Below are positions 8,672-15,992 of a stretch of DNA of 50,767 nucleotides, in pieces. The notes under the pieces are model-generated. The model worked only from the letters and a program-made list of their open reading frames with translations, searched no databases and had not been told where the DNA came from. Both the position numbers and the translations under genes were made by a program. Source of the stretch: an uncultured Planctomycetales bacterium (GTDB lineage: Bacteria > Planctomycetota > Phycisphaerae > UBA1845 > CAIVHJ01); assembly GCA_964619935.1 (NCBI GenBank), contig CAZUGO010000081.1, positions 1 to 50,767 on the forward strand, read 5' to 3'. The stretch's first letter is position 1. The number at the start of each line of letters is the position of its first letter.

Positions 8672-10435
8672 TCAGGTGAAGTCGGGGATCAGGGTGACGT
8701 CCTGGATGGTGTGTCCGGTCAGGTGGCTGACCGCCACGACCCGGGGCGGGTCGTGCGGCAGGGCGGTGGGCCAGAGAAACAGTCGATCGCGCAGCTCATT
8801 GGTGCCCACGATCCAGTCGGCGGCGACTTCCGCCCGCCGGATGGTCTGGCCGCCGGCCTGGTAGCGGCAACTGAAGGCGTCGCCAATGACCTGGGCGTGG
8901 ACTGCGGTTGAGGTGTCGCTGAAGAACAGCCGCCGCACGCCGTGGGCGCTCAACTGGGCCACCGATTCGATGCTGCGCGGCTGGCCGCGGTAGAGCGTCT
9001 CGGCGTGCTCAGGTTGCTCAACGGGCCAGCAATGGATGGTCCCCCCGGCCGTACCCGCCAGCGGGCCGGACGGCGTCGCCAGCAAGGCGGTGATCGCCGC
9101 GCCGGCCCCGTGGTACACCCGGCAGGGCGGGGCGTCAGGCTGATCGTGGTCCAGGGTCAAGGACAGCACCTGCTGGTCAACTGCCAGCCAGATCCGGTCC
9201 TGGGCAAACTGGACTTGTCGAACGGTGGCCGCGGCAGCGGTGCGACGGGGCAACAGCGGTTCGGCAGCGCCGCCGCGGGTGGTGTCCCAGCGCAACAGTC
9301 CCAGCTCCGAATGCGTGGCGTACAGATGAGTGCCGGCGAGGGCCACGGCGTTGAACCCGCCGCGCGGAGGTCGGTCTGCCTCAGCCAGGTAGGTGGCCGG
9401 CGGGGCCTCGGAATTCGCCGGCACCAGCACCGCCCCCCGGGCGGCCCCCACCAGCAACAGGGTGGTGCCGTCGGCGCTGCGCTCGCAAGTCAAAGAGCGC
9501 AAAGGGCCGGCGGCAGTCGACAACCGCTGGCGGTGCGCGGGCTGCTGGAGTTCTCGCGGGTCAAAGAACAACAACTCCGCTCCGCTGGCCACCACCACCC
9601 AGGCGGTGGGGGCGGGCCGGTCCGAGGTCCGCCACAGGGCGCCATACAAAAACGCGCGGTGACCGGGGCTGAAAGATTGGATCAACTCCTGCAGGCTCGC
9701 CTGCGGGGTCGCCGCCGCCAGATCGTGCAGGCGGGTCAAAGTCTGCTCCAGTTGGGTCAGGTGGGCATCGCGGGCCTCGGCAATGGCCTGCTGAATTTGT
9801 TGCTCGGCGCGGACCTGCTGTTGTTGTCGTTGCAGGCGCCGGCGCTGCTGTTCGGACTGGCGGTAGGCGCTGGAGTCGATCGTGGCACGGCACACCGCTT
9901 CGATCCGCAGCCCGCCGCGGAACAGTACCTCCTGGAGGGCCTCCCGTATGGACTCCAGCAGCGCCCGGCGATCGACATCGTCGCGCAGGGCCGCAGCAGT
10001 GGCCTGGCGCACCACCCGCCGGGTGGCCTGGAGCACGCCGGGCCGCAGGATGTCGCTGAGTTGTTGCCGGGTGACCCGCGGCTGGGTGCCGGCAATGGTT
10101 TCCCGAAACGCCTGGACGTCGTCTGGTTCGGGGTTCACCTGCACCTGCAACCCGATGTCGGCCGTGCAGTCGAAGTGATCGGCACTGGCCAGGTCGGTCA
10201 AGGCGAACTCCAGGATCACCGGTTGGGTGCGCAGCACGATGAGTTGCTCGGCGTCGCCGCGCTGGATGGCGGTTCCCGGCGGGCACCACACCCGGCCGCC
10301 ATGACTGCCGGCGACCAGGGCACACCAGTAAGGCGGCAGATCCACCGAGCGGTTCAACAAGCCAAAGAGTTGATCGCCGGGGATGATCGCGGCAACCACT
10401 TCGGGATTCTCTGTGATGGCTGACAGTTCGGTCAT
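8672..10435 (-). CDS. hypothetical multi-domain protein: SPFH/band-7-like N-terminal region, Gln/Arg-rich coiled coil, C-terminal beta-propeller-like region
   Basis: Start chosen at MTELSAITE (ATG 10435); the six-frame ORF is over-extended. The N-terminal ~170 aa resemble SPFH. The central segment QSEQQRRRLQRQQQQVRAEQQIQQAIAEAR is coiled coil. The C-terminal half is rich in repeated beta-strand/WD-like segments. It is the last gene of the ESCRT-like operon. Confidence 0.6.
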   Translation of the reverse strand: MTELSAITENPEVVAAIIPGDQLFGLLNRSVDLPPYWCALVAGSHGGRVWCPPGTAIQRGDAEQLIVLRTQPVILEFALTDLASADHFDCTADIGLQVQVNPEPDDVQAFRETIAGTQPRVTRQQLSDILRPGVLQATRRVVRQATAAALRDDVDRRALLESIREALQEVLFRGGLRIEAVCRATIDSSAYRQSEQQRRRLQRQQQQVRAEQQIQQAIAEARDAHLTQLEQTLTRLHDLAAATPQASLQELIQSFSPGHRAFLYGALWRTSDRPAPTAWVVVASGAELLFFDPRELQQPAHRQRLSTAAGPLRSLTCERSADGTTLLLVGAARGAVLVPANSEAPPATYLAEADRPPRGGFNAVALAGTHLYATHSELGLLRWDTTRGGAAEPLLPRRTAAAATVRQVQFAQDRIWLAVDQQVLSLTLDHDQPDAPPCRVYHGAGAAITALLATPSGPLAGTAGGTIHCWPVEQPEHAETLYRGQPRSIESVAQLSAHGVRRLFFSDTSTAVHAQVIGDAFSCRYQAGGQTIRRAEVAADWIVGTNELRDRLFLWPTALPHDPPRVVAVSHLTGHTIQDVTLIPDFT

Positions 10436-10484
10436 GTATCGATGCCCATGCCGCCGGAGGCCGTCGCGCTGGCGGGCGGCCCGG

Positions 10485-11588
10485 TTAGTCCTGGTTGAAC
10501 CGTTCGAACCTGGCCAGGTCGGCCGGGCGCACCGACGGTCGGGTGCTGCCGAGCACCTGGAGCACGTCGGCCATGCTAATGGCCCGGGCCTTCTGGCCCG
10601 CGATCGACTCCAGGAAGGCGTTGCGGGCGGCCTGTTCGGCAATGCTGGCGATGTCCGCTCCGCTGTAGCCTTCCAGGCGGTCGCAGAGCGCCCCGAAGTC
10701 GACGTCATCGGCCAGCGGGCGCTTCGACAGGTAGATCTCCAGCAGCTTGAAGCGGGCCGGGGCGTCCGGCAACGGGACGTAGATCCGGGCGTCCAGCCGC
10801 CCGGGCCGCATCATGGCATCGTCGAGCATCCAGGGTTTGTTGGTGGCGCCGACGAACAGCAGCGGGCGCGGGTGTTCCTCGAACCCTTCCAGCTCCTGCA
10901 GTATCTGCGGCACCACCCGTTGCATCACCGATGAGCCGCCGGAGGCCCGCTTGGGCACCAGGGCCTCGATTTCATCCATGAAGATGACCGACATGTCTTC
11001 GGCCTTGGCGGCGGCGAACAGCCGATTGAGGTTCTGCTCGGCCTCGCCGACCCACTTGCTCAAGATCTGGGCCGGGCTGATGACGAAGAAGGTGGCGCTC
11101 AACTCATGGGCGATCGCCCGGGCCATCATGGTCTTGCCGGTTCCGGGAGGCCCGTAGAGCAGCACCCCGCCGCCCGCCGAAATGCCGTAGGTCCGGGCCA
11201 GCTCGGGGTGGCTGAGCGGGTAGATCATCTTCAGGCGGATTTCGTCCTTGACGTCCTCCAGGCCGGCGATGTCAGCGAACCCGATGGCCGGCTTTTCCTT
11301 GACGATCCAATCGGAAACGTCGGCCCCGCGGTCGTCGGTGTCGGTGGTTCGCTGGCGGTTCGGCGGTCGCTGCGGTCGGGTTTCGCAATCGCGGGCCAGG
11401 TCGATCAACTCGCCGGCGTAGGTCTCGTGCTGGCGGCGCATCTCCGGCGAAGCGGTCCGGTCCGCCAGCGCGACCATCTGCTCGGCGGCCTGGATGAGGT
11501 AGGTCCGGGCGGTGTTGAACTCGCCGCGGCGGTAGGCGGCCACGCCCTTATCCTTGAGCCGCTCGAATGTTGAAAAAGGAGTCCCCAT
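10485..11588 (-). CDS. Vps4/spastin/katanin-clade AAA+ ATPase with N-terminal MIT-like three-helix domain
   Basis: MIT-like N-terminus (FERLKDKGVAAYRRGEFNTARTYLIQAAEQMVALAD). Meiotic-clade AAA core: Walker A GPPGTGKT, Walker B FMDEIE, SKWVGEAEQ, ATNKPWMLD. C-terminal RFERF is comparable to the Vps4 C-terminal helix. Start at ATG 11588, 25 nt after the upstream stop. Confidence 0.85.
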   Translation of the reverse strand: MGTPFSTFERLKDKGVAAYRRGEFNTARTYLIQAAEQMVALADRTASPEMRRQHETYAGELIDLARDCETRPQRPPNRQRTTDTDDRGADVSDWIVKEKPAIGFADIAGLEDVKDEIRLKMIYPLSHPELARTYGISAGGGVLLYGPPGTGKTMMARAIAHELSATFFVISPAQILSKWVGEAEQNLNRLFAAAKAEDMSVIFMDEIEALVPKRASGGSSVMQRVVPQILQELEGFEEHPRPLLFVGATNKPWMLDDAMMRPGRLDARIYVPLPDAPARFKLLEIYLSKRPLADDVDFGALCDRLEGYSGADIASIAEQAARNAFLESIAGQKARAISMADVLQVLGSTRPSVRPADLARFERFNQD

Positions 11589-11613
11589 TACCGTCGCCGA
11601 TCGTGGTGGTGAA

Positions 11614-12222
11614 CTACTGTTGCTTTTCGCCCTGGCGTTTGAGCGCGTCCAACTCCGCCCGCAGGCCGGCCAGTCGGTCCATTTCCTTGTGGTGTTCGGC
11701 TTCGGTCTCAGCGTCAATCAGGCGGTCGATGTCCTCGTCGGAGACGGCCAGCTCGCCGGTGCTGAGTTCTGCGTCCTGGGCGGCAATGTCCTCGATGGAA
11801 TCCAGAAACATGTTCATGCGCTCTTCCATGGATTGCGACTGTACCATGGCTTTCTCCCAGTCGGCCTGGGTCTTGACCAGGTCGGTCTCACCGAAGAGCT
11901 TGCCGATCTCGGCGGCCATGGTGCCCATGGCTCCGGCGAAGTCCGCAGATGCTTCGGCTTGCCGCTTGATGACCATGGCGTTCTTGACCGAGAGCAGTTG
12001 CCGTTCCAGCAGCCGCTGCATCATGGCGGTCTTCTTCAGCGAGTTGCGGATGAACCCGTATTGCCTGGTGTCGCCGATGGTCTTGGCCCGTTGGGCATTG
12101 CGAATGAACTCGTCCTGAAACTTCTGCTGTTCGCGGATGGCCTTCTCGATCCTGCGGATGCCCTGGCGAACCTTGATGTCGCGTTCGATCCGCCGCTCTT
12201 CAGCCGACTTGAACAAGCCCAT
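11614..12222 (-). CDS. ESCRT-III family protein, CHMP2/Vps2-like, with C-terminal MIM1-like helix
   Basis: N-terminus MGLFKSAEERRIERDIKVRQ. The core AMGTMAAEIGKLF...WEKAMVQSQSMEERMNMFLDSIED aligns by eye with CHMP2A AMGTMNRQL...MMEFERQAEIMDMKEEMMNDAID. The C-terminal EMDRLAGLRAELDALKRQ resembles a MIM1 (D/E-x-x-L-x-x-R-L-x-x-L-K/R). ATG at 12222 with GGAGGA 8 nt upstream. Confidence 0.8.
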   Translation of the reverse strand: MGLFKSAEERRIERDIKVRQGIRRIEKAIREQQKFQDEFIRNAQRAKTIGDTRQYGFIRNSLKKTAMMQRLLERQLLSVKNAMVIKRQAEASADFAGAMGTMAAEIGKLFGETDLVKTQADWEKAMVQSQSMEERMNMFLDSIEDIAAQDAELSTGELAVSDEDIDRLIDAETEAEHHKEMDRLAGLRAELDALKRQGEKQQ

Positions 12223-12265
12223 GGTTGCGATCCTCCGCGCGTCTGCGGCTCCTGCCCGGCGGCGC

Positions 12266-12877
12266 TCAGGCCTCCGGTTCAGCGGTCTGTTGCTCGCGGA
12301 CCCGCCGGTCGGCTTCGTCGAAGGCCTGGTGTGTATCCTGGAACACGCCGTTGTCGAGCTGCTCCCAGATGTCCAGGACCTGCCGCCCGGCAGAGGACAG
12401 CCCGGCGGCACCCGCGTCGACCTCGGCACCCAGTTCGAGCATGCGGTCCAGCCGCTCTTGATAGATTTCGGTGCTGACGGCGTCGTTCTCGATGAGCCGG
12501 CCCAGGTGCATGATGTCCTTTTCGCTGATCAAGCCGAAGCGGCTGCCGGCGGCCCGGGACCGCTCGTGGTTCTCGCGGACCAGTCGCAACCGCGAAACGG
12601 TCAGCAGCTCCTTGCTGCGGATGTTGAGCTGCCGGGCGAGCATCAGTTGTTCGGTGGTCTTAAGTTCGAATTGCTGGGCCAGCACGGTGCGGACTTCGGG
12701 GGTCTTCTCACCGGCGCCTTTCGCGAACATGTCCTGCTTGTCTGCGGCGATCTTCTTGACCCGGTTGAGCAACTGCGTGCGATCCTTTTCGAGCAGCAGC
12801 TCCTGGCGGCGCAGCTCCTGGCGGGTCATCTGCGACAGGGGTTTCTTTCGCTTGATCAACCAGTCAATGAACGACAT
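12266..12877 (-). CDS. ESCRT-III/Snf7-family protein (CHMP4/6-like)
   Basis: 203 aa: MSFIDWLIKRKKPLSQMTRQELRRQELLLEKDRTQLLNRVKKIAADKQ... Charged helical-hairpin pattern and acidic C-terminus typical of Snf7-domain proteins. ATG at 12877 with AGGGGAA upstream. Confidence 0.7.
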   Translation of the reverse strand: MSFIDWLIKRKKPLSQMTRQELRRQELLLEKDRTQLLNRVKKIAADKQDMFAKGAGEKTPEVRTVLAQQFELKTTEQLMLARQLNIRSKELLTVSRLRLVRENHERSRAAGSRFGLISEKDIMHLGRLIENDAVSTEIYQERLDRMLELGAEVDAGAAGLSSAGRQVLDIWEQLDNGVFQDTHQAFDEADRRVREQQTAEPEA

Positions 12878-12910
12878 TGGGTTCCCCTGGGCCGGGCGGC
12901 ACGGTCTGCC

Positions 12911-14356
12911 TCAGGATGGTTCAGGTTCGCGGGGCTGCCGCCGCCGTTCGGGCGAATCGTCGGCGGGGTCGGCGGTTCGGGCCGGCGGTTCCGCCGCGGC
13001 CGCGGGGCCCTCCGCTGCGGTCGTTGCCGACGCCTCGGCCGGTGGCTGGTCAAACTCCTGGAGGATGGCCAGCTCTTCGTCGGAGGTCAGCATGTCGCTG
13101 ATGCCGGTCTCCAGGGACCCGACCAGATCGGCATCGGCCTTGAGGGTTTCGAGCATTTCCTCGGCCTTGACCGCGTTTTCAGTGAGCGCCTCGGTGGCCG
13201 GCAGATCGGCCAGCTCGCCCTGTTGGATGAGCGTCAGGTTGTGGATGTCGGTGCTCAGGATGTTGATCTGCTTGTTGAGCATGTTGGCGGTGGCATTCTG
13301 GCGGGCCAGATCCTTCCGCAACTGGGCCACCTGGGCCGCCAGTCGCTGGCGGACCACCTGGGACGTGCTCTGCTTGCCTTGGTCGATGAGGCTGGCCTCG
13401 CGGGTCTCCAACTGGGCGATGTCGTCGTACATGCGATCGCGCCGCTGCGACAGCGCCGCCCGGCGGCGGGAGAGCTCGTTGATCTTGCGGGCCTCGTCGC
13501 CGGCGCTGCTGAACAGTTGCCGGATCTTGTCAACCATCGACATCGAAAAGCTCTCCTGTGTGTCGGATGCGGCCCCGCGATAAATCAGGAACGCGCCCTC
13601 ATGCCGCCCGGTGTGCAGCTCGGGATCGCGGCGGGCGGCCTGTTCGAACGCCCGGCGGGCGTATTCCTCGCCGACGCCCACCTCCCGGGCCACCGATTCG
13701 GCCGACAGGCCTCCGGTCAGGAGCACGGCGCGGTTGGCCTGCAGGAACTCGTCGACCCGCTGGACCTTGTCGTCCTCGTCTTCCGGGTCGAACAGGGCCG
13801 CCAGCCGGGGGTCGAGATCGTCGGTATCGCCGACCCGCTCCCAGCCCCCGTGGGCGCCGGGCTGGATCAGGACCAGCGTGACATTGCCCAGGCTCGAACG
13901 GGCCCGCAGTGCCTCCGGCGCGAAGCCCGTGGGGCTGCAAATGCCGATGATGTGCGGGACGTGCGGATCGACCTGCAATGATCTTACATGATCGAGCAAC
14001 TCACTGGAACCGATCGGCGGCCCGCCGCTGCCGGGCTGGCCGTCGAGCACGTGCCATTCCAGCGGCGAGAGCACCGAAGCGATGGCCACGCCGACCCGCC
14101 GCTTGCCGAACCACCACCACGGGCGGACGTAGCCGTGCAGGACCACGCGGCGGTTCTTGGGCGTGTCGGCCAGCACCCGGCGATCGAATTTGCGATTCCG
14201 GGCCATCAGCGAGCGCACGCGGTCAGCTTCATCCTGATGCACCAGATCCCAGTGGCTGCCCCGCAGCAAGGTGCCCTTGGCCCGCTCGAAGTTGTGCTCC
14301 ATGCCGGCCAGGAAGCGCGCCTCCAGTTCCACGATGGGGTCGGTGCTGCGGGTCAT
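12911..14356 (-). CDS. fusion protein: ~320-aa unknown N-terminal domain plus C-terminal ESCRT-III/Snf7-like domain
   Basis: The C-terminal ~200 aa (MVDKIRQLFSS...KINELSRRRAALSQRRDRMYDDIAQLETREASLIDQGKQ...MLNKQINILSTDIHNLT...TENAVKAEEMLETL...) have Snf7-like heptad/charge patterning. The N-terminal domain (RVVLHGYVRPWWWFGKRRVG...) is unassigned. The ATG at 14356 overlaps the kinase stop (ATGA). Confidence 0.65.
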   Translation of the reverse strand: MTRSTDPIVELEARFLAGMEHNFERAKGTLLRGSHWDLVHQDEADRVRSLMARNRKFDRRVLADTPKNRRVVLHGYVRPWWWFGKRRVGVAIASVLSPLEWHVLDGQPGSGGPPIGSSELLDHVRSLQVDPHVPHIIGICSPTGFAPEALRARSSLGNVTLVLIQPGAHGGWERVGDTDDLDPRLAALFDPEDEDDKVQRVDEFLQANRAVLLTGGLSAESVAREVGVGEEYARRAFEQAARRDPELHTGRHEGAFLIYRGAASDTQESFSMSMVDKIRQLFSSAGDEARKINELSRRRAALSQRRDRMYDDIAQLETREASLIDQGKQSTSQVVRQRLAAQVAQLRKDLARQNATANMLNKQINILSTDIHNLTLIQQGELADLPATEALTENAVKAEEMLETLKADADLVGSLETGISDMLTSDEELAILQEFDQPPAEASATTAAEGPAAAAEPPARTADPADDSPERRRQPREPEPS

Positions 14357-15405
14357 GATCGGGTTCCCGCCGGAAGGGTGCTCCCGCAGGTGATGCAGTA
14401 GTTGTCGTCCGGGTCGACGGTCGCCTGGCAGGACGGGCAGCACAGGACGGTGTCGACCAGTTGATTGCCGCATTGGATGCAGAACTGATCGTCGTCGGCG
14501 ACGCGGTTGCCGCAGTTCTTGCACAGCGGTGCCGTGGCCGAACGGCCGAGGTGCGGCGGCCGCCGCGGTCCGCCGCACCCGGTCGCGGCCGGGTCCAGCC
14601 GCAGGGCGGCCGCGACATCGGCTGCCCGGGTGAAGCGCTTCTCCAGGCGGGTGTAGCAGCGGCGGAAGACGTCGTCCAGCGCCGCGGGGATGTCGGGCCG
14701 GAGGGCGGACGGCAGGTCATGGCCCTGCGGTCGGACGCCGGTGAGCAGCTCGAACAGCACCACGCCGCAGGCGTACAGGTCGCTGCGGGCGTCGACTTCC
14801 TGACCGTCACGCTGCTCCGGCGACATGTAGGCCAGGGTTCCGGTGATGCCGCGGCCCTCCGCGCTCGGGAGGCTGCCGGACTGCATCAGCGACGCGGTGG
14901 TCAGGCCGCCCACGGTGCCCAGTCCGAAGTCGGCCACCTTGACGTCGTCGCGGACCACGGTGCCGACGTCGCGGTCGCCGAGGTGCAACAGAATATTGGC
15001 CGGCTTGATGTCGCGATGGATGATGCCGCCTTGGTGGGCGACGCCCAGGGCCGCGAGCACGCCCCGCAGAATCTCCACGGCCGCCGCGGTCGGCAGGCCG
15101 CCCGGGTGGGCATCGATGACCGCCCGCAGCGATGGGCCGTCGACATACTCCATGATCAGGTACGGCGGCGTGGCGAACGGGTCCAGGTCCAGGGCTCGCA
15201 CGATGTTGCCATGCCGCAGCCCATGAATGACCACTCCCTCGCGACGCAGGCATTGGACGTAGGCCGCAGCGGTCGGAATCTTGATGGCAACGACTTCGTC
15301 AAAGACGTGATGCCGGGCCTTCCAGACCACCCCGAAGCTGCCGGTGCCGATGTGCTCCTGCAACAGGTAGTTGTTGATGCGGTCGCCGGCCTGGCAGGTG
15401 CTCAT
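14353..15405 (-). CDS. Hanks-type Ser/Thr protein kinase with two C-terminal zinc-ribbon motifs
   Basis: Kinase motifs GTGSFGVV, AIK, HRDIKPANILL, DFG, SPEQ. C-terminus CKNCGNRVADDDQFCIQCG and CPSCQATVDPDDNYCITCG. ATG at 15405 with GGAAGGA 9 nt upstream. Confidence 0.9.
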   Translation of the reverse strand: MSTCQAGDRINNYLLQEHIGTGSFGVVWKARHHVFDEVVAIKIPTAAAYVQCLRREGVVIHGLRHGNIVRALDLDPFATPPYLIMEYVDGPSLRAVIDAHPGGLPTAAAVEILRGVLAALGVAHQGGIIHRDIKPANILLHLGDRDVGTVVRDDVKVADFGLGTVGGLTTASLMQSGSLPSAEGRGITGTLAYMSPEQRDGQEVDARSDLYACGVVLFELLTGVRPQGHDLPSALRPDIPAALDDVFRRCYTRLEKRFTRAADVAAALRLDPAATGCGGPRRPPHLGRSATAPLCKNCGNRVADDDQFCIQCGNQLVDTVLCCPSCQATVDPDDNYCITCGSTLPAGTRS

Positions 15406-15432
15406 GGGTGCAGTCCTTCCCGTCGTCCACGG

Positions 15433-15861
15433 TCACAGTTCCGCTTCCGCATGTTCTGCGAGAAAGTCACAAACCAGAAAATTATAGACCGCGGCCGCCA
15501 TGAAACCAAGCACCACCACCGCCCAAGTCAGCGTGCCGCTGATGTGCCAGTTGGCCAGCCACAGCGCCACGATGACATCGATGACCAGGTAGCCCAGCAG
15601 CATCACCCCCGCGGCGGCATTTGAATCGGCGCGGCCGACCCACGCCGGCACGAAGAACAATGCCCAAGGCAGCGCCGCGGCGATCCCGATCCACACCAGA
15701 GCCACCTTGGTGGTGCGCCACAGATCCTCGAGGGTCTCGGGGTTCCGGTAGAAGTAGTAGCCGACCAAGCCGGCGGCCACCACCAGGATTGCGGTCAGGA
15801 CCTTCCCGCCGACATACTTGGCGATTGCAGCGAACACCGTTTGGTCACCCGCTTCCGTCAT
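15433..15861 (-). CDS. small integral membrane protein (4 predicted TM helices)
   Basis: Start MTEAGDQTVF at ATG 15861. Hydrophobic segments LTAILVVAAGLVGYYF, ALVWIGIAAALPWALFFVPAWV, VMLLGYLVIDVIVALWLANW and WAVVVLGFMAAAVYNFLV. Confidence 0.6.
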   Translation of the reverse strand: MTEAGDQTVFAAIAKYVGGKVLTAILVVAAGLVGYYFYRNPETLEDLWRTTKVALVWIGIAAALPWALFFVPAWVGRADSNAAAGVMLLGYLVIDVIVALWLANWHISGTLTWAVVVLGFMAAAVYNFLVCDFLAEHAEAEL

Positions 15862-15992
15862 GAAGCGTATTCGGATGGGGCATGCGATTATTGAGCCGCG
15901 GGCCCGCCGCCGCAACTGCCGGACCACGGCAACGGCGTTCCCATGATATCGCCGGGGCCTGCCGAGGCGAAGCGTCGTCGCGGCCGACGGTC

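Noticed and set aside
11614-12222. Annotating the ESCRT-III-like proteins simply as PspA/phage-shock protein A
   Set aside because: The start MGLF resembles PspA MGIF. However, the internal segments match CHMP2 directly, the protein has a MIM1-like tail, and the neighbouring ATPase is MIT-AAA rather than PspF-type. No pspBC or pspF is present. The Snf7/CHMP-like call is therefore preferred, pending profile searches.
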